Shown piece after piece: positions 1 to 25,850 of a stretch of DNA of 64,000 nt; positions within the stretch are counted from its first letter, which is position 1; each line of letters begins with the position of its first letter. Location of the stretch: assembly GCA_013265495.1 (NCBI GenBank), contig MU058198.1, positions 7,641,779 to 7,705,778 of the forward strand. The letters run 5' to 3'. Under the pieces are notes generated by a model, which did not search any database, was not told the DNA's origin, and was given only the letters and a program-made list of their open reading frames with translations. A program made the translations under genes and the position numbers. The DNA comes from Vicugna vicugna (taxonomy: Eukaryota).

Positions 1-665
1 GCCCACCCCAGACAGGTGTCCAGTGCACAACGAGCGCTGACTCAGGAGAAGGCTTACTGACACGCCAGGCACGTCCTCGAGACACACACATACACATGCC
101 TCTCACATCACCTGCTGGGAAATACACATGGACATACAGGCCAAGCCAGTTATTCACACAAGTGTGCTTCCACTCACTGTGGCTGAACTCCACACGCACA
201 CACACACACACGCGCTCCCCAGGACACACGCCGGCCGCAGGGATGACTAAGCCAGGAGGGTTTGGTCTACATTGCGCTAAGGTGTCCTCCATGGCCTGTG
301 AGGACTTGGGCCCACCTGGATCCTCTGGGAGAGTGAGTGTGAGCATCTATACACTCACAACCTGCCCCACTAGGCAGCAGACACGGGGTAGGGGGGTGGG
401 TGTCATGGGAGGAAGGGCTGTTGCAGTGGATTTAAACACTCAAACACAAAAATTCCATCTACATAAACTGTGTCCACAGATCTGTGGCCACACCCACACA
501 CAGACGTATACACACACACACACCACTATTCACAGAAGACAGAGTGGGGCTTGGCGGGCTGCTGTGTTACACCTGGCCACAGTCTACACAACAACCCAGG
601 TGAAGGAGGAAAGCTCAGACAACACACAGACTTGAGGTGTGGGGCAGGAAGGGTGATTTGGTGCT

Positions 666-701
<36 letters not shown>

Positions 702-968
702 GGTGTCCACACGTCTCGAGCATGTGCCGGCGGCATGCATGTTGGTGTGCATGTGTGATCACGCCTGCTGCTATCTACGTGCGGGGGCGAGGGTGGTCCA
801 TGGCGTGGGAGGTCCAGGGACTCCAGGGTCTGATGGGGGAGGTGAAGGGGGGGCTGCCTGGGTCTGTCTTGAGGGTGAGCCTGGAGCAGGGGATGGAGTG
901 GAGGGATGGTGGGGGTATTGCTCCCAATGTGGTGGGGGAAGGGTCTGGGAGGGACAGGGGTGGGGGGC
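1..968 (-). other. STX1B: STX1B 3' UTR (continues beyond window start) with UG-repeat tracts
   Basis: Lies downstream of TAG at 969-971; (CA)n tracts on + at about 192-211, 490-522 and 669-696; no poly(A) signal seen before the window edge. Confidence 0.8.
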
Positions 969-15641
<14,673 letters not shown>

Positions 15642-18169
15642 CCTGCGACGGCTCCTCCTCCTCCTCCTCCTGTTTCTCCTGCCTCTGCTGCTGCTCCCTG
15701 CCTCCTGCCTCGGTGCTGGAGGCTGGAGTCTGGGGGCGCCGGGGGGCACCGGTGCCGTTGGAGGGGGCCCGCGGGCGGGAGCGGGGCCGGGGGCGGCGGG
15801 CCGAGGGCCGGGCAGGGGCAGGGGCCTGGGCCGGGCTCGGCTCTGCCGGGGCTGCGGTGGCGATGCGGCTGCGGCACAGGCTTGGATGGAGGGATGCGGG
15901 AGCTGAAGCGCGGGGGAGGGGGGCGGAGGGAGAGAGTCGGGGGAGGGGGACCCAGGAGGGAGGGGGACTGGAGAGGCCTAGAGCTGGGTGGGGAAGGGCA
16001 GAGCCAGAGAAGCAGGGAGAGATGCGGAGAGACAGAGGAGATGCGGCTGGAGGCACAGAGATGCTGGTGCAGGGTGGGGGTGGCGGTGGAATGGCAGAAA
16101 GAAGGGGTAAGGGAATGAACTAAGGAAATATCCCGAGGAGAGGTGCTGTGGATCCCTTTACACCAGGAGATACAGACAGATTTTATATTTTGTGTTTGAG
16201 GGTATCTGTGTGAGTCTGTGCACGACCACCTCTGTGTGTGGGTCTCTGCAGGAGGCTTTTTGGACACTAGAAATAGCAAGAGTGACCCTCTAGGTGGCTT
16301 CTGTGATGCAAGGAATCAGCCAAGTCTCGCTGAGAAGGCCATGGGGCTTGTTTTTTAACACAGCCTTCCCCACTCTCAGTGTGAGGGTCCCTGGACAGCA
16401 TGGGTCTCAGAGCTCTGCTCCTCTACCTCCAGGGACAGGGTGCTCACCACCTCTGGAGACCTCCTGGCCTATCTTTCCATGGCTCTGACTTAAAACAGAA
16501 TTCGTCCTGATTGGGAGGGGAGTTCTGGTACCCCTGAGGGTCCAATTTCTCTGCATCCCTTCCCTTAATGTCCACCCCTCCTCTCCCCATCTCCACGTCT
16601 TAACATCACATCAACTCCTCTACCCCTGCCATGGGGGCTTTGGCCTCCAACAGGCCTTGAACCTGCTTTTGCCAAGTTACCCAATGACCTCGTCTATGCC
16701 AAATCCATCGAGCACTCGTCCGGCCTTATCCTCCATGATCTTGCAGCGATATGTGACCCTGATGACCTCTCTTCTTGAAATCCTCCTCTCCTTGGCTCCC
16801 ATCTGATTCCTGTCTCCCATTCCTTCCCTCTCCAAACGCTGAATGTCATCAGCCAGCCTCCTTCCAGACCCCCTCCTTTCTCACATTCCCTCAGCGTCAG
16901 GGTTTCCTGGACCCCATCCTGGGTTCTCTTCTTTCTTTACCCTCTCACCTCCCTGGGTTCAGCTGTGCATACGTTCAACAGCCACATCTATACCTGCAAG
17001 CCAGGTCCTGCTCCTACTATGTGCCCAAGCACTGAGCTGGGTCCCAAGAACAGAGACAAACGATGCAATCAGAGACACGGGGATCCATCGCTGCCGTGAG
17101 TGAGCGCGGCTTTGACGTTGACCTCCAAGACTGTGGTGGCCTCGTTTCCCCCCAAAGTGCCCCTTCTGTGCTCTCCATCAGAGGTGGCATGTTCCTCCAC
17201 CCAGTCACCCAAAGCAGACAGAAAGCTGTCCTTGGTTCTCTCCCCCATCCAATTAATGCTACCATGCTCTGAGCATCCACCAATTCCCAGGTGCTTCACT
17301 GAGTAGCTCCCATAATCCTCCCAACCTCACAGCAGCTACTGTTATTATCCCAAGTGTCCAGATCAGGAAACAGACTTGGCCCGCTTAAACAAAGTAAAGG
17401 GCAGGGCTGGGACTCTTGCCTGCATCTTTTGATTAGAAAGCCCATTCTTATAAAACCACAATGTTCTAGCTCCTCCCTCAACTGCCAAACCCAGAGCTGT
17501 CTCCTGGGTCTCCTCATCCCCACCACCTCTGGTCAGTCTAGACTCTCATGAGCTTTCACCTGGACCAGCAGGAGGGGTGGGCATTAGGGGTGGGATGGAG
17601 CATAACTGGACCTTCAGGGACACCAGAACTCCCCTCCTAATCAGGATGAATTCTGTTTTGACAGCCTTCTTTTGGGTTTTCCTGCCTGCAGCCCTTTTTC
17701 TTCATGTTCAGTTTTCCCCCCAGATGTTAGTGTGATTACCCACCAAACAAATAAGATAACATCAACCCCCCACATTAACAAAGCCACCCCGCTCCAGCCT
17801 CCTGGATCACACTCAATAGCATTTGGTCCGCAGCCCCATCACCTCATCTCTCCTATCACTTTCCTTCTTGTTCTGTGGACCCCACGCTTTAACGACACCA
17901 AGGAATCATAGACCCTGAACAACTTGGAGCCTTTCACTGTGTTGTTTCCTCTGCCTGGTAAGCTGTTTTGCCCTTTCCTTGATAGACAGACTTCTCATCC
18001 TTCAAGGCCCAGTTCAAGCCTGTCACAGTGGTCCAGGCAGACAGCCTCATGCGATGTGGGCTGATTCTACTTCCACACTAGAGCAGCCTGGGAATGACTC
18101 ATTTCTGCTTCTCCCCAGCAACCAACATGGGTGAGGCACAAAGTAGACGCTCACTAAAATCTGAGTGAA

Positions 18170-18333
18170 ATACTTGCCTGGCAGGGGAGATGCCATGGTC
18201 AGAAAGGTGGTTTTCCCAGGGCGAGGCTTACCCATTGTGCTCTGGATGTGCTGAACCCTGCGATTTCCCCAAACGTGGGAAGCTCAGCTGTATAATTTGT
18301 GATAGTGGGGGACTGTGTTCGAGCTTTCCCCTG
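18170..18333 (+). pseudogene. Retroposed U1 snRNA pseudogene (full length, 164 nt)
   Basis: ATACTTGCCTGGCAGGGGAGATGCCATGGTC...GGGGGACTGTGTTCGAGCTTTCCCCTG aligns end to end with U1 snRNA (about 18 substitutions by hand count). Followed by an A-rich tail; target-site duplication AATCTGAGTGAA at 18158-18169 and 18365-18376. U1-70K and U1A loops are mutated. Confidence 0.95.
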
Positions 18334-18459
18334 AAAAAAATTTTTTTAAATTAAAAAAAATAATAATCTGAGTGAAGAGCTGAATTAATGCATGGCATCT
18401 TCCCTCACACCTTTACCCAGGCATTAAGACAAAGAAAGTAAGTTCCATGAAGGCAGGGA

Positions 18460-19360
18460 TTTTTTAAATTGAAATATAATTGATGTACAGTATTATATAA
18501 GTTACAAGTGTACACTTCAATGATTTACAATTTTTTAAAGGCTGTACTCTATTTATAGTTACTCTAAAATATTGGCTATATTCCCTGTGTTGTACAGTAT
18601 ATCTTAGTAGCTTATTTTATACATAATAGTTTGTACATCTTAATCCCCTACCCCTATATTGCCCCTCCCCACTTCCCTCTCCCCACTGGTAACCACTAGT
18701 TTGTCCTTTATATCTGTGATTCTGTTTCTTTTTTGTTATATTCACTAGTTTGTTGTATTTTTTAGATTACATATAGAAGTGATATTATATAGTATTTGTC
18801 TTTCCATGTCTGATGTATTTCACTTAGCGTAATACCCTCCAAGTCCATCCATGTTGTTGCAAATGGCAAAATTTCATTCTTTTTTATGGCTGAGTAATAT
18901 TCCGTTGTTCATATAGGTCACATCTTCTTAATCCCTTCATCTGTTGATGGACAATTAAGTTGTTTCCATATCTTGGCAATTGCAGATAATGCTGCTATGA
19001 ACATTGGGGTACACATATCTTTTTGAATTAGTGTTTTTGTTTTTTTTAGGTATATACCCAGGAACGGAATTCCTGGTTGTATGGTAGTTCTATTTTTAGT
19101 GTTTTGTGAAACCTCCATACTGTTTTCCTCAGTGGCTGCACCAATTTACATTCCCACCAACAGTGTACAAGGGTTCCCTTTTCTCCACATCCTTGTCAAC
19201 ATTTGTTACTTGCGTTCTTTTGGATGATGGTCATTCTGTCAGGAGTGAGGTGATTGTGGTTTTGATTTGCATTTTCCTGATGCTTAGCAATGCTGCGCAT
19301 CTTTTCATGGGCCTGTTGGCCTTCTACATGTCCTCTTTGGAAAAATGTCTGCTCAGGACT
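18460..19360 (-). mobile_element. 5'-truncated LINE-1 (ORF2 C-terminus and 3' UTR) inserted into an L2 relic
   Basis: ORF fragment GIPFLGIYLKKTKTLIQKDMCTPMFIAALSAIAKIWKQLNCPSTDE is the L1 ORF2 C-terminus. TSD TGAAGGCAGGGA at 18448-18459 and 19361-19372. L2 3' end (GTGCTCAATAAATATTCGTTGAATGAATGAATGA) resumes to about 19470. Confidence 0.9.
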
Positions 19361-19919
19361 TGAAGGCAGGGAATTTTGCTTGTTTTGTCCCTTGCTGGTT
19401 CTCCAGTGGCACTATGGCACCTGTCACATAGTAGGTGCTCAATAAATATTCGTTGAATGAATGAATGAGTGAAAGATGTATAACGCAAATCTGGTTGCGG
19501 CTCTAAGGACGGTCACACGCTATGTGATAACAACAGTAATTCCTCTCATGGGGCAGTGATTTGAACTCAACACATCTATGATCACTTAAAAGTCCACTCA
19601 GTAACCCTGGGAGGTGGATCACCTGGACCATCAATATAACCAGGCCAGCTCCTGCTCAGAAAACCACTCCAATTCCCCATTGCCAATGAGATAAAGCCCA
19701 GGCTTCCTAACCTGACTTCCCACTTTAGCACATACCACCATCCCCCACATACCTAGTCCCAAGCCAGTCCCTGCATTTCCCCAATCCATGCCTTTTCTCA
19801 TGTTGTTCCTGAGCCTTGGAATACCCTTCCCTCTCCCTTCCCCAAGCCCAGTTCCTACTCTTCCATTCCAAGTTTAGCCACAGGAGTCTTTCTTGACCCT
19901 CCTGAAGCTGGAGGGCAAG

Positions 19920-20047
19920 CCTATTAAACATACAGGTCTCTTCCCTGGAAATTCTAAGTCAGTAGATCTGGGTTGGGGCCCAGGAATCTGGGTTTTTAGC
20001 AGTTACCTCCGGCAATTCTTATTTTCAGTCAAGTTTGAGAACCATGG
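19920..20047. mobile_element. hAT-Charlie (MER5-like) fragment
   Basis: CAGTAGATCTGGGTTGGGGCCCAGGAATCTG...AAGTTTGAGAACCA. Confidence 0.6.
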
Positions 20048-21029
20048 AGTATCAGATAGGCAAGGCTAATGCTAGGTTATGCTACATAACAAACATCCCC
20101 CAAATCTCAGTGACTTAAGAAACAAAGGTTTATTTTTGCTGTAGGGCTGGGTTACTTCCCAGAGCACCTGCCCTTCAAGGAAGCCTCAGTGCTTCAGGTG
20201 GCAAAATGTACACACAGCTGGTCAATCTGTTGGGCTCTGAGTGACTCATATTCAAGGATCCTATCTGATTAATCTTTGCTCTGCTATGGTACCTGGCACA
20301 GGATGTATCACACCTGCTGTGCTGAGGAACAAAAGAATGAATACCCATTTGACCAACTCATCCATTAACCGGAATTTCTTGAGGCCCTACTCTTTGTGAA
20401 AGGACTACATTCTGTGGCTAGAGACACAGTGGAGAGCAAAGCAAAGAGCAGCCTGTCCCCATGGAGCCAGTTACCTAACTTCTCTAAGCCCTAGTTTCCA
20501 AATCTGAAAAATGGGCTATAATATGCACCCCTCAGGCACAGAAGGAGATTTACTGTGAAAACAAGCAGGAAAGCCATTTGTAAACTTGAAAAATCTCAAT
20601 TCAAGCAGATGTGAAAGAGCACTGTTATTCTGGTGTGTGCCCCTTCCTGTTCCTCCATCCCTCAAATCCACTTTTCAGGTTATATTCATTAGGCCCCTGG
20701 AATTTGGTCACACATCCCTCTCCTCACTATTTCCACTGCCTGTTCAAATCATCCTGAACCCTTAAAATGAATATAATGTTAATAACACTACGACTAATAG
20801 TGAGAGTCATAACTAATTCTTGCAGAGTGTTTATCCTGTGTCAAGCTCTGTTTTAAACGTGTTAATTCATTTAATCTTCACAACAACCATGTGGGGTTAC
20901 TGTTATTATTACCTCTGTTTACTTATCAGGAAACCAAAGTGAAAAGAGTCTAAGTAACGTACTCAAGACAGGAGCTGGGATTCAATCCAGGCAGAAACCC
21001 TGGATTACTGAAACATTCTCCTGGTCAAC

Positions 21030-21685
21030 TGGTATGTGCCTCCCAGGGAGCTCATTCTAGCCTTTCTCTCCATCAAAACCAGAGTCAGCATCTGTTTCTT
21101 CACTCTTTGCAGCCCTTATGGACTTGTGAGTCTCTTTGACTAACAGAATATGGTGGAAGTAATGTTGTGCAACTTCTGAGCAGGGCCTCATGAGATCTTG
21201 CGGCTTCTACTCTCACCCTCTTGGAACCCTGAGGCCACTATGCTATGAAGAAACCCAGGAGAGAGTGGCGCAGGCATCGTCCCAGCCAACTGGGCCGTCA
21301 GAGATGAGGTTCTGGCGGGGGAGGGTATAGCTCACGTGGGAGAGCTCATGCTTAGCATGCACAAGGCTCTGGGTTACAATTCTCAGTTCCTTTTCTAAAA
21401 ATAAATAAATGAATAAGCCTAGTTTCCTCCCCCTTCAAAAAATAAATAAAAAAGAAATTAATAAAAAAAAAAGAAATAAGGTCCCAGACATGTACGCGTG
21501 AGAGAGGCCTTCATGGGCCATCCAACCCCAGCCACAGTGCCAGCTGACCGCGTCAACTGAGTAACCTAAGGTAAGACCAGCAGCAAAACCACCCAGCGAT
21601 CTTTAGAATCTGGAGAAACAATAAATCCTTGTTGTTTTATGCCAGTGAGTATTGGGGTGGTTTCTCATGAAGGAGTAGCGAACCG
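21030..21685 (+). mobile_element. MaLR LTR (MLT1-type), interrupted by a SINE
   Basis: TTTGACTAACAGAATATGGTGGAAGT...AATAAATCCTTGTTGTTTTATGCCAGTGAG...TGGGGTGGTTT. Confidence 0.65.
21317..21475 (+). mobile_element. tRNA-derived SINE (Vic-1-like) inserted in a MaLR LTR
   Basis: Same GGGGGAGGGTATAGCTCA...CTTAGCATGCAC head with a long A-rich tail. Confidence 0.8.
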
Positions 21686-24600
21686 ATTTACCTTTCAGAC
21701 AGCTTTTCAGAAGCGGGATTCCTGCGTCCAGAATTTTGATAAATATTATCTGGGTTGTATCACTTTGCAACCCCCTCAGCAATGAGGGAAAATTCCTGTT
21801 TCCCCTCAGTTTTGCCAAAAGAGTGTTCTGTCAGACATATGAATTTTGCTGATGCAGTAAATAATGACACTTCAGTATTATCTTTTCATTTCTCAAATTA
21901 TGTGCAAAGATGAACATCTGCATATGTGTTTAAGCCCTTATTGTCTTTTTTTGTGATCTGTCTATCATGTTCTTGGTCCATTTTTTAATTGAACCCTTGG
22001 TCTTTCTTATCGACATGTGGGAGCTATCTAAACAACAAGATTAGCCCTTGTGTATGATAAGAATGGCAAATATTTTTTTCCCCAGTTTGATGCCTTTTGA
22101 TTTTGCTTTGATTTTTTTTTTTTGTCATGAAGAATTTTTTCATGTAGAGCGGAGTCTGGAGCTTCACTTTCTGGGATCAAATCCTAGCTCTCATATTTAT
22201 TAGTGTATAACTCTGGGCAAGTTACTCAACGTCTCTGCCTCAGTTTCCTTCTCTATGAAAGGAGGACAATAATGTTAACTATCTCGTAGAATCGATATGA
22301 GGATGAAATAAGTAAATAGTTACAAAGTCCTTATATTGGTGCCTGGCACATAGTAAATGCTAGGTAACAATTAAGATAAAAAGAAATCATTTCATTCCTT
22401 CATGAATATTTATTGACCAGCGACTATGTGCCAGGCACTGGTATAGGTACTGGGGACACAGCAGGGAATAATGCAGATGAAAATCCCTGTCCTCATGGAG
22501 CTTACATTCTAGTAGGGTGAGGAGGAGGGGTGAAGACAGACAATACACGAAATGAATAAGCAACATATATATTGTGGCAGATCCAAGAGGAGACTTGAGA
22601 GATGGGCAGGAGTTGGTAAGGCCCCTGGCCTAGGGTCTGGGGCACAGAGGGCTCAGGAGATGGGAAGAGGAAGGAAGACCCTGGAAGAGCAGTAGCGTGG
22701 AATCCCTGACAGAGACACTGGAGCTGCTGACATCCTCAGAGTGACAATCATCATCACCGTCATATAACAGTAGCAAACACTTATAGAGCACTTGTTCAGT
22801 TCCAGACACTGTTCTTTTCACTTTACACACATCATCACATTGAATCCTTAAGGCAACCCCCTAAGATTGGTACTGTTACTGTTACCAATTTTCAAAAGAG
22901 GAAACTGAGGCATAGAGAAGGTTAAGTAACTTGCCTTACAGGCTTATACAGCTGGTGAATGAGCTGGGATTCCAAACCAGGTCATCTGGTTCCAGTGTGG
23001 GTAGGAAGGACCTGCAGATGGAGAGGACAGGACAAACTGACAAGTGTCATGATCAAGTAGGGTCTAACCTTCACCCAGACTGAAAGGAAAATACCCCTCC
23101 CCCAACAGCCACAGATCTAAGGCTCAGTACACTTAATGTACACTTCGAGGCTGCTCAGAGGGCCTGAGAGGAGTAAAAACAGACCATGAAACAGGGATTA
23201 AGGCTCAGCTCTGGAAAGTTCTATCCCCAGAGCCATTCTCCTGAGATGGCCTCTGCTCCCCTTCTCCTCCGTGAGGCTTTGAGCCCAGCCTGCTATGACC
23301 TTAAGTCACCATCCTGAAGCCCTGTGATTCCACCCAGAGACCACAAATAAAATGATGAATATCATAATTCTTGGAAATTTAACAAAGGCATCAACAAATC
23401 CAGATCATAGCTGGAACCAAGAAGGCAGATCATCAAAAGGCTAAGAAATGGAGAGAGGAAGATGGGACTGGTGGGTCCAGAAAAACCTGGAACCCACGTA
23501 GTAAAAGCCTGCAGAGGAGGGTACCCTCAATGGTTTACAAGACCCTTTCATAACCTCACCTGATATTGCTCAGTTCTTACCTTAGGCAAAACAGAAATTA
23601 CCAGACCAAGTGGTCCAGTGGTGAAACTAAGTCCCATAGAGGAACAATGAATTATTCACACACAGAGCTAGGAGTCAGATGTCCAAAAGCCTTTCCACTC
23701 TACCACTAAGGGAGACAGAGAGACTAGAGATGGAGACAGAGACAGAGAGAGAAAGAAAGGAGGTGGGGCAGGGAGGCAGAGGCTGAGATGGAAGACCCAA
23801 GAGCAGAGAAATTCTTCCTCATGATCTCCAAGGGACCCCCAAGGGCAGAGCTGGGCCTCCTGAGCCCTTCATTTAACCCCCTCATCTTCACTCCCTCTCT
23901 GGCTACTTGGAGCAGCACCAGCTTCTCTCCTTCACTCCCAGCCCCAGGCAGCTGGAGACTAAAGGGAAGAGGAGAAGGATCAAAGCCCCTCACATAGAGT
24001 TAGACAGCACTTGACAGTTTCCAACCTCATTATCATTGAACTTTAGAGCAGGGACTACCCATAAAGGCTATCTCTCCACCCCTCTACTGCCACCCACTGT
24101 AGAGATGGGAGATCAAGGCCCAGAGACAAGAAGTGACTTTCCAGAAGTCCACAGCAACTCTTGGTCACAGAAATGGCTTCCTTAACAGGACATACTAGAG
24201 AGAGGCCCTTCCTTCCCTTGCTTGACCTTCATATAAGCTCCCTGGCCAGAGTTCTGGGGTCCAGGAGACCTAATATTCATTCCGGCTATGCTGAAACTCA
24301 CTGAGTAGCCTTGGGGCCTCCTCCTATAGAATGTAGGTTCCAAAAGTCTAAGGCATTTTCGTCTCGATGTATCTCCGTTTCCTGGAACAGTGTCTGGCCC
24401 ATAGTAAGTGCCCAATAAATATCCACTGAATGGAATGAACATCTAGAGGGTCAGGGTTACGGAAGTGTCACCGTGAGAGCCTGAAGCTTAAATTAAGAGA
24501 AGACTAGGGAATGATAAGCTTCATCTTTAGAAGAAAGGCTAAAATTCTGTCCACAAGTATTTATTGCGGGCCCAGTCTGTGCTGGGTACTGAACTAGGTG

Positions 24601-25199
24601 CTGGCGATTCGGGTGAGAACGTCACACAAGTCATGCCCTCACCTCAAGAGCTCACAGGCCACTATAATGTGGAAGTTTTGGGTGGACTCCAGAGGGTAGA
24701 CCTGGTGCAAGTTGGGGCAGAGGGCAGGGTGTAGGTGACTTGCTGCTCAGTATAATAGACTCTTTTCCAGCCTGAGCTGCCCTGAAATGGTCTCACTGCT
24801 CAGAAGGTAGTGAGTGCGGCGGGACTGCAGTGCTCAAACCGGTGCCAGCCGCCCACCTGTCAGAAGCTGTGCCAGGAGTATGCGGGAGAAGAGATTTTTG
24901 CCTCGGGTGAGGTCACTTCCCACCCCCAGATTCTCTGCCTACAAAACCCTGCAACACTCTGACGCTGGATCTTATTATTTTCTGAGTTTCATGGTCTCAT
25001 GATGTTCACAACCCCAAATCCTAAGGCGTCAGTCTGCCCACACCTCTAGACCCGAAAGAAATAAAGCCGAATTCAGCCAGGGTCCTACCACCTACTGCCT
25101 CAAAAGGTCTCTGGGGATACTCAGTGCCCTCTCCTCGCCCCGTGGGGGCTGAAGGTGGGTAACGCGGACGGCGGGGTGCCGAGGACTCTGGGGAGATAG

Positions 25200-25850
25200 G
25201 TGTTCCAGAGCGAGAGTTGACAGAGCCGACACACGTGACACTCAAAGCGTCACGTTCTGTGGTCGGAGACGCTGGTACCCGGCTGGTCACGTGACGCGGG
25301 GGGTGCACTATGGGGTGATGTGAGATGTGGGGCCTCTCAGACTACGTACCAATGACGCATTCCCACCCCTTTTGGCAACCAGATTTCCGTTGGAAGATGC
25401 GATAGTTCCGGCAAAGGGGGCGGATTCTCACGTCCTGGCAATTTCGCTTCCGTTCAGGGCACTGTGGCTTCCGACCTCCGCCTTTCCTTCGAGAGGGGAA
25501 GAGACGCGATCCCGTGCGCATGCTCCAGTCATCCCAGAGGGGGCGGGGCCGAGGCTACGGGAGCGGGAGGGGGGAAAGAAAAGGGAATTCCAACCTGTGG
25601 AAACTTGGGGGTCCCCGAGGTCGGCTCCTTCCCCTTGACTGTGAATGGTGCCAGGGACAGAGCCTCTGGTGGCTGGTTGGGGGCTTTGGGGTCCGCAAGG
25701 TGAGGGCGGAGGGGAGTGTCAGGGTGTGAGTGGGCTACGGGAGTTCCAAACTTAAAATCTTGAGGCCCTCCCGGCTCCGGCGCCGGGGAGAGGGAGCTGG
25801 GGCCGCCATGCGGGACAGGACCCGCGAACTGAGGCAGGTGAGAAGTCGGC
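25200..25850 (+). promoter_or_regulatory. STX4: STX4 CpG-island promoter
   Basis: CpG-rich; perfect GTCACGTGAC at 25286-25295, CACGTGAC near 25232, TGACGC half-CRE sites, CCAAT, GGCAAC (RFX half-site), TTCCG ETS cores, TGCGCATG (NRF1-like) and GC boxes upstream of GCCGCCATG at 25808. Confidence 0.85.

Noticed and set aside
18170..18333. Functional U1 snRNA gene
   Set aside because: A-tail, TSD, mutated protein-binding loops and no evident PSE or 3' box.
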